64,000 nt of DNA from Nitrospirota bacterium. Lineage in GTDB: Bacteria; Nitrospirota; Thermodesulfovibrionia; Thermodesulfovibrionales; Dissulfurispiraceae. Location: contig CAVPZX010000005.1 of assembly GCA_963710375.1 (NCBI GenBank), positions 64,001 to 128,000 on the forward strand. Direction: 5' to 3'. Below the pieces are notes generated by a model. The model ran no database searches. It saw only the letters and a program-made list of their open reading frames with translations, and was not told the origin of the DNA. This document shows positions 56,961-64,000 of the stretch, in pieces. The position numbers and the translations under genes were made by a program. The first letter of the stretch is position 1; each line of letters begins with the position of its first letter.

Positions 56961-59590
56961 GTTGCAAATATCGTTGCAATATCGTTTATAAGCGTAAGCG
57001 TTCCCCTGTACCCGATGGTTATCCTGGCGTTTCCTCCAAAAATCTTGTATAGAGGGAAACCCATTTGATAAAGCGTTATGCCGCAGCCACGGGCAGTATC
57101 CTCGCAGTGAGAATTGGAGATTATGAGATCACTTTCTCCAGAACCATATTTGCGGATAGTCCGGAGGTCCCCGATGATCAACTCGCGGGCCTCAATACTT
57201 TTTCCTGCTGCTGCAGCATGTGGAATCACTGAAAGCACTACCTCAGCGCCCATTTCAGACAGCCAGCGGGACGTCTGAACGGATAGGTCCGGCTCCAGGG
57301 CGGTAATCACTTTCTTTTTGCCGAACCAGCAATGAGCATCCCTCATTCCATCCATAAGGATGCGTCGCTGTCTGACATGCTTTGACGGTATGCTGTTACC
57401 GCTCAACAGAAACAGCGTTTCCATCAAAGCATCGGTATCCCGGAGACCTGTAATGCTCTCAAGCACCTTGTATTCTATGTCGAACCGTTCCTTTAATTTC
57501 CTGGCCGGGGACTCCATGCTCATTCCAATAGCAAGTGTGAATTCGGCATCACCCATGGTTTTAATTTCATCCAGGCTTGTTCCGCCTGCTGCGAGGGCGG
57601 AAAAGCCCTGTCTGCTGCCATCCAGTGCCGACAGGTCAGGGAGCATGACAGGGCGCAGCCCGAACGATTCTATGATTTCCCTCAGCTCAAGAAAGTCTGC
57701 AGGCGTCAGGTGGCAGCCGGCCAGAACATTGATCCGGCCTTTTGCTCTTTTTGCGCCCTGTTGATTACACCCGGCCATGCCGGTAAGCGCCTCTACAGCA
57801 GCGGCGTAGCCTGTTTCCAATCCTCCTTCGTAATCAGGAGTGGAGACGGAAAACACCTTTGCTTCCGAGTCTGAGGCACTAAAATGCTTTGCCACTGCTG
57901 ATAAGTCATCACCCTTTACATCCGACAGTCCGGAGGAAAGGATGCCAACTATTGCAGGGTTCTGTTTTTCGATAAACCCCCCGACCGAGCTGATGATATC
58001 TTCCTCGCTTCCCATGATGATATCTTCGGCAAACTGCTTTGTTCCGGCAAGGGCGATGGGCTCCCTGAAATGCTTTGTCAGAAGCACCTTGGCAAGAAAA
58101 GTACAGCCCTGTGCACCATGGATGAGCGGCAGCGCCATATCTACCCCTTGCATAGCAATAGCAGCTCCTATGGTCTGGGAATGCTTTAAAGGGTCAATGA
58201 TAATATCCCTGTCTTGTCTGTCATTACGAACATAGCGAGGCAATCCCTTATCGCCTGAGATAGGTTCGACCGCTTGAGCCTCGTAATGGTTATAAAATCT
58301 TATGGTGTTATCTATCTGTTCAGCAAGCGCGACCAGACCCTCATATCCAGCATATGCCGTATGCCGCTCCTGGTTAACATCCACAAAAGGGAAACCCTCT
58401 TTTATTGCAAGATACTGGTTTCTCCCTCCGGCTATAAGGATATCCGCCTTCCTTTCCGTCAGGAGCTTGAGAAGGTTTTTCGGAGCCACATCTTCCACCA
58501 GCGGCGCGTCCTGTCCCAGCAGCTGTCTCATCTTCTCCTCATCTTCAACAGTGCTCTTTTTCGTTCCCACAGCCACAACCTCAATCCCCAGGTCCATGAG
58601 GGCCGAGATAAAAGACCAACTCTTGACTCCTCCGGTATACAGTACCGCCTTTTTCCCCCTGAGATGCTGAAACCTCTTAAGTTTCTCTTCAATCTGCCTC
58701 TCCTCATGCGCGATGACAGCCTCAACTTTTTCATGCAAGCCCTGAACAAGAGTGCCCTCTGAGGTACGCAGTTTTTGTGCAATAGCACGCAAGGCCTTTG
58801 CCATCTCTGTTTTGCCGAAGAAGGAGACCTCCACATAAGGGATTCCGTATTTCGTTTCCATTGTCCGCGCAATATTGATCAAGGCACGGCTGCATACGAC
58901 CACATTCAGTTTTGCCCTGTGTGCATGGGTAATCTCTTCAAAGGAGGCATTGCCTGTGATCCTGGACATTACCCTTATTCCGGCTGCGTTAAGCACAGGC
59001 TCGACAAGCCACAAATCTCCTGCAATGTTATATTCACCTATAAGGTTGATGTCGAAATCAGTGGTATAGTCAGGCTCGCCAGTACCTATTACGGAATCGA
59101 GCAGCACTTCACCTGCAATCCTGTTTCCCAGGTTCTTGGGTCCCACAAAACCTGGTGCATTTACCGGGATGACCCTGATGCCGAGCTCGTTTTCCGCTCT
59201 TTTGCAGACGGCCTCTATATCTTCACCAATGAGACCGCTTACGCAGGTAGCATAGACAAAAACGGCCTTTGGACTAACTGTCTCGCAGGTCTTCACAATG
59301 GCGCTGTATAGCTTTTCACCGGAACCGAACACTATATCGATCTCGTTCATATCAGTGGTAAATCCCATTTTATGAAGGTCTCCCTTTTCAGACAGTGTGC
59401 CTCTTCCTTCCCATGTATTACCGCAGCAGGCAATGGGGCCATGTACAATGTGTGCTGCGTCTGCAATGGGCTGGAGCACGATCATAGCGCCGTCAAAGGC
59501 GCATGATTCCCCGCCCCGGGACCGGCAGATCTTATCCTTCTTTTCAGCAGAACAGCCACTCTCTGTTAATTTGTCCATGTTCGCAAACAT
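56954..59590 (-). CDS. nifEN: Fused NifE-NifN scaffold
   Basis: CAFDGA, HGPIAC, KSWS, DVNQER (NifE); PLKHSQTIGA, HGAQGC, HFREPI (NifN) in one 878-aa ORF. Confidence 0.93.
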   Translation of the reverse strand: MFANMDKLTESGCSAEKKDKICRSRGGESCAFDGAMIVLQPIADAAHIVHGPIACCGNTWEGRGTLSEKGDLHKMGFTTDMNEIDIVFGSGEKLYSAIVKTCETVSPKAVFVYATCVSGLIGEDIEAVCKRAENELGIRVIPVNAPGFVGPKNLGNRIAGEVLLDSVIGTGEPDYTTDFDINLIGEYNIAGDLWLVEPVLNAAGIRVMSRITGNASFEEITHAHRAKLNVVVCSRALINIARTMETKYGIPYVEVSFFGKTEMAKALRAIAQKLRTSEGTLVQGLHEKVEAVIAHEERQIEEKLKRFQHLRGKKAVLYTGGVKSWSFISALMDLGIEVVAVGTKKSTVEDEEKMRQLLGQDAPLVEDVAPKNLLKLLTERKADILIAGGRNQYLAIKEGFPFVDVNQERHTAYAGYEGLVALAEQIDNTIRFYNHYEAQAVEPISGDKGLPRYVRNDRQDRDIIIDPLKHSQTIGAAIAMQGVDMALPLIHGAQGCTFLAKVLLTKHFREPIALAGTKQFAEDIIMGSEEDIISSVGGFIEKQNPAIVGILSSGLSDVKGDDLSAVAKHFSASDSEAKVFSVSTPDYEGGLETGYAAAVEALTGMAGCNQQGAKRAKGRINVLAGCHLTPADFLELREIIESFGLRPVMLPDLSALDGSRQGFSALAAGGTSLDEIKTMGDAEFTLAIGMSMESPARKLKERFDIEYKVLESITGLRDTDALMETLFLLSGNSIPSKHVRQRRILMDGMRDAHCWFGKKKVITALEPDLSVQTSRWLSEMGAEVVLSVIPHAAAAGKSIEARELIIGDLRTIRKYGSGESDLIISNSHCEDTARGCGITLYQMGFPLYKIFGGNARITIGYRGTLTLINDIATIFATG

Positions 59591-59611
59591 TGCAAGCCTC
59601 CCATTAGCGGG

Positions 59612-61126
59612 CTATCTTATTACGTCAAAGCTCGTAGTATTTATTGTTTTCCTGTCCAGCTCATCAAGCACGGTGTTTACTATCTGAGTGACCAGGTTGA
59701 GGACTCCCTGGTATCCGATAATGGGATACCGGTGGAGATGGTGCCTGTCGAACAAAGGGAACCCGATTCGTATGAGGGGGGTCCCTGTATCCCTCCACAG
59801 AAATTTTGCGTATGAATTGCCGATTAGCAGGTCAACCGGATCAGTGAACAGCAATGATCTCAGATGCCACATGTCCCTATTGATATATACCTTTCCCTCG
59901 GCGCCGAAGGTGCTTGTGCCTAATAGAGTGTTCATTTCCTCTTCGAACTTCTTGTCGCCGTTGGTGCAGACTATGTGCACAGGGATGCCCCCCATTTCCA
60001 TGAGAAAACTTACCAGCCCGAGCAGGAGATCAGGATCTCCGGTTAAGGCAAATTTTTTTCCGTGGACATAGGGATGGGAGTCTACCATCGCGTCAACAGC
60101 CCTCCCCCGTTCATCCTCTATCTCCTTAGCAATTGGTTTCCCGGAAATCTTGCTTATTTCCTCAAAAAATGCATCTGTGTTCCTGATGCCGATGGGCGGC
60201 AGCATAGCTGTCTTCTGGCCCCATTCTTTCTCGATATACTCCATGGTCTTTGACGTCGAATACCTCTGGAGCGCAATAGTGGCCATTGCATTGATCGAAT
60301 CTGCTGCGTCGGCCAGGGGAGTGCCTCCGGGATAAAGCTTATACTCGCCGGTATTCGGAGAGTCGAAGGTATCGCTGACATCGGCAAGGATCGTGTGTTT
60401 GACGCCCATGATGTCAAGCAGCCTCTTCATTTCCCGGTAGTTTCCGGTGTAGGTATCAAAGCCTGGTATTATATTTACCCTTCCGTTAGACTCCTTTTTC
60501 TTCCCCTGAGTGATCGTGGAAAGTATGCTCTTAAGCTCATTATCGTACCCGGTTATCTGAGAGCCGACAAAGCTCGGCGTATGTGCCTGGGGTACAGGAA
60601 GGTCCGGGGGGATGAGGCCTTTTTCCCGGGCAGTTTTTACATAAGCATTCAGATCATCGCCGATGACTTCAGCTATGCAGGTGGTTGAGACCGCCAGCAT
60701 TTTGGGCTTGTAGAGCGAATACGCATTTTCGAGCCCTTCGAGCATATTGTTGAGCCCTCCGAAAACTGCTGCATCTTCGGTCATGGACGAGGAGATGGCA
60801 GCCATCGGCTCTTTGAAGTGCCTGTTAAGATGACTTCTGAAATAGGCGACACAGCCCTGGGCCCCCTGAACAAAAGGCATCGTGTCGGCAAAGCCGGATG
60901 CGCAGAAGATCGCTCCGAGGGGCTGGCATGCCTTTACAGGATTGATCTTTATGTTTTTCCGGGCAAAGTTCTTTTCCTTATATTCCTCTGTCTTTGTCCA
61001 TTCAGCCACCTCTTTCACTTTTTCGGCAGGCCAGGGATCCTCAAATTCTTTTTTGTTTTCGAACTGTTCCTGGTACTCCCGGTCCTGAAAGAGTTCGTTA
61101 TGGTCCAATATCTTCATAAGTTTCAT
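59612..61126 (-). CDS. nifK: Nitrogenase MoFe protein beta chain
   Basis: [44 protein letters not shown] overlap with nifD. Confidence 0.97.
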   Translation of the reverse strand: MKLMKILDHNELFQDREYQEQFENKKEFEDPWPAEKVKEVAEWTKTEEYKEKNFARKNIKINPVKACQPLGAIFCASGFADTMPFVQGAQGCVAYFRSHLNRHFKEPMAAISSSMTEDAAVFGGLNNMLEGLENAYSLYKPKMLAVSTTCIAEVIGDDLNAYVKTAREKGLIPPDLPVPQAHTPSFVGSQITGYDNELKSILSTITQGKKKESNGRVNIIPGFDTYTGNYREMKRLLDIMGVKHTILADVSDTFDSPNTGEYKLYPGGTPLADAADSINAMATIALQRYSTSKTMEYIEKEWGQKTAMLPPIGIRNTDAFFEEISKISGKPIAKEIEDERGRAVDAMVDSHPYVHGKKFALTGDPDLLLGLVSFLMEMGGIPVHIVCTNGDKKFEEEMNTLLGTSTFGAEGKVYINRDMWHLRSLLFTDPVDLLIGNSYAKFLWRDTGTPLIRIGFPLFDRHHLHRYPIIGYQGVLNLVTQIVNTVLDELDRKTINTTSFDVIR

Positions 61127-62550
61127 TTTTTCCTCCGTATCAGTTTCCATGTCGGGCTATTCACAGTCATATCCATGTCCCGTGCGAAAACCGGGAAACC
61201 GTCAAAACCATGATAAGGTCCGGAATAATCCCATGAGTGCATCTGCCTGAAAGGCACTCCAAGTTTATGATAGGAGTATTTCTCCTTTATCCCGGAGCCG
61301 ACCATGTCCGGTTTGAGCCTTCTGGTGAATTCCTCCAATTCATAGAGCGTGGCGTCATCCATTATGACAGCGCCCTCTTTCATTACGGGGTAGGTCCTCT
61401 TGTAATCATCACTGTGGCCGAATTCATATCCCGACGCAACGACTTCCATTCCTAGGTCTTCATAAGCCCCTATCGTGTGCCGGGGCCGCAAGCCACCCAC
61501 ATAGAGCATTACCTTTTTGCCTTCGAGGTTCGGTTTGAATCGCTCAATCACCCCATCCATAACCGGTTTGTATTTCTCGATCATCTTCTCCGCCTTTTCT
61601 TTGATGTTGTCATCAAAGTATGAGGCGATCTTTCTCAGACTCTCGTATATTTTTGTCGGCCCGAAGAAATTGAATTCAGCCCACGGGGTGCCGTACTCCT
61701 CTTCCATATGCCTGCATATATAGTTCATGGAACGGTAGCAATGGATGAGGTTCAGTTTAGACTTGTGTGCGATACCCATCTCATTGACAGATGCATCACC
61801 TGTCCATTGGGCGATTACCCTCAGCCCCATTTCTTCCAGCATCTTCCGCGAGGCCCAAGCGTCTCCGCCTATGTTGTAGTCGCCGATCAGCGCCACATCA
61901 TAGGGTGTAGTTTTTTCGAGGCGGCCCTTGCCGAGTACATGGTCCCTTATCGTATCATTGGCAATATGGTGGCCCAGGGACTGGCTTACTCCCCTGAAGC
62001 CTTCACATCGAACAGGCACTATGGGTATTTTGAATTCCTTTTGTACTCTTTTTGCAACCGATTCGATATCGTCTCCGATAAGACCAACAGGGCATTCAGA
62101 GAGGATGCCGATCCCTTTTGCAAGGGGGAAAAGCTCTTTCAGCTCATGGAGCGCGGCATCGAGCCCTTTATCTCCTCCATACACAATATCTTTTTCCTGG
62201 AAGTCCGTGGTGATATGCATAGTGCCGAAGGTATCGATACCGGTCTGCCCATTATAATAGTTTCTCCTGCCCCCCCAGCTGTATTGTCCGCACCCGATTG
62301 GGCCGTGGCTGATGGTGATCTGGTCTTTTACCGGACCCCAGACCACACCTTTTGCCCCCGCAAAAGCACATCCCCTTACCGTCATGACGCCCGGCCTCGA
62401 TTTTATGTTGGACTTGACCTGGCAGGTGCTGCATTGGCCCGAGGGATCATTGGCAGCCAGATGTTTAGCCCTGTCTTTTTTCGCTTTTTCCGGATAGGCC
62501 TCCAGAACTTCCTCTATCATTTTTTGTGTATCTTTAATTGCCGTGCTCAT
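61123..62550 (-). CDS. nifD: Nitrogenase MoFe protein alpha chain
   Basis: RGCAFAG, HGPIGC, HCYRS, GGLRPRH, QMHSWDY. Confidence 0.98.
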   Translation of the reverse strand: MSTAIKDTQKMIEEVLEAYPEKAKKDRAKHLAANDPSGQCSTCQVKSNIKSRPGVMTVRGCAFAGAKGVVWGPVKDQITISHGPIGCGQYSWGGRRNYYNGQTGIDTFGTMHITTDFQEKDIVYGGDKGLDAALHELKELFPLAKGIGILSECPVGLIGDDIESVAKRVQKEFKIPIVPVRCEGFRGVSQSLGHHIANDTIRDHVLGKGRLEKTTPYDVALIGDYNIGGDAWASRKMLEEMGLRVIAQWTGDASVNEMGIAHKSKLNLIHCYRSMNYICRHMEEEYGTPWAEFNFFGPTKIYESLRKIASYFDDNIKEKAEKMIEKYKPVMDGVIERFKPNLEGKKVMLYVGGLRPRHTIGAYEDLGMEVVASGYEFGHSDDYKRTYPVMKEGAVIMDDATLYELEEFTRRLKPDMVGSGIKEKYSYHKLGVPFRQMHSWDYSGPYHGFDGFPVFARDMDMTVNSPTWKLIRRKK

Positions 62551-62559
62551 CGTTCCTCC

Positions 62560-63432
<873 letters not shown>

Positions 63433-63440
63433 TTATCTAT

Positions 63441-63482
63441 TTACAGCGACTGTCATACCAGTTACAGCAACTGTCATGCCAG
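63441..63482 (-). promoter_or_regulatory. nifH sigma54 promoter present as a 21-bp tandem duplication
   Basis: TGGCAT-gacag-TTGCT at 63466-63481 followed downstream by TGGTAT-gacag-TCGCT. Confidence 0.85.
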
Positions 63483-63736
63483 CAGCGCTGCTCTTTGATA
63501 ATTAAGGAAAAACTAAAGAACGAGGATATGATGATTATTACAAAAATGAAGCAAATAATACAAAATAGTAACAAAAGGCTGCAAGCGCACTATTTGGCGC
63601 TGCATAATAATAAAGGTGGAAAGAAAATCTGGTATAATGCACAAATGCTGAAGAGCACTCAGCGCTGAAATAAGCGGGAACATTCTTTCATCGCTTGCCG
63701 CATAAGCTTTTTAAATTTTTAAGGAATGAAAATTAG

Positions 63737-64000
63737 ATGCTCTCTGAAGTGATTACTGCTTCAAAATATTCTCTGAATTTGCACGCGCTTCCTCTTCTGG
63801 TGGTCGCAATAGGTATTATTATAACTGCAGCACGAGTTCATTTTGATGAGGGGATTAACAGGATCAGCACAACATTTCTCCTGCTTGATATTTCGCTATG
63901 TCTTTGGCTTCTTTCCAGGGTCGGTTTGTACAGCGCCAATGATGCAGCAGTTGCCTTATGGTGGGCCAAAGCAGGGTATTTTGGAATAGCCTTTATTCCG
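63737..64000 (+). CDS. N-terminus of a membrane sensor protein (HisKA_7TM-like), partial
   Basis: Open frame to window end: three hydrophobic helices ending ALWWAKAGYFGIAFIP. Confidence 0.7.
   Translation, partial: MLSEVITASKYSLNLHALPLLVVAIGIIITAARVHFDEGINRISTTFLLLDISLCLWLLSRVGLYSANDAAVALWWAKAGYFGIAFIP

Noticed and set aside
63585..63601. NtrC-like box GCGCACTATTTGGCGC upstream of nifH
   Set aside because: Spacing is one base short of the 17-bp consensus and it has several mismatches

Overview
Bacterial chromosome segment. Gene content (nifHDK-EN-X-I1-I2, cydAB, kimA riboswitch) suggests an anaerobic or microaerobic diazotroph, possibly Nitrospirota or delta-proteobacteria-like; this is inference only. 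Bases 1-10834 are the right part of a visibly more GC-rich integrative mobilizable element. It carries a tyrosine integrase, a 25-bp tRNA 3'-end att copy, an HUH relaxase, MobC, an RHH protein whose gene holds a 9-mer array, a GGDEF diguanylate cyclase, tandem RepL-like wHTH proteins and a ParB-like protein. Host genes follow: a decayed RelBE-like pair, an MFS transporter, livKHMGF with two MITE-like inserts, cydAB, a doubly frameshifted mgtA with a PTS-EIIA partner, dsbC-like, HNH, recQ, a GT87-GT2 fusion with a deacetylase, surE-FAD oxidoreductase-pcm and PilZ. Next is a potassium/c-di-AMP locus (stand-alone KimA C-domain, orphan kinase, c-di-AMP riboswitch, kimA). The last ~20 kb is a minus-strand nitrogen island with four sigma54 promoters sharing an upstream motif: amt, a PP2C-Ser/Thr kinase fusion, glnA, an APC permease, a porin, a stand-alone NifA-like HTH, modBC, hesA, nifB, fdx, nifI1I2, nifX, fused nifEN and nifKDH. 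All family calls are by eye from motifs; no searches were run.
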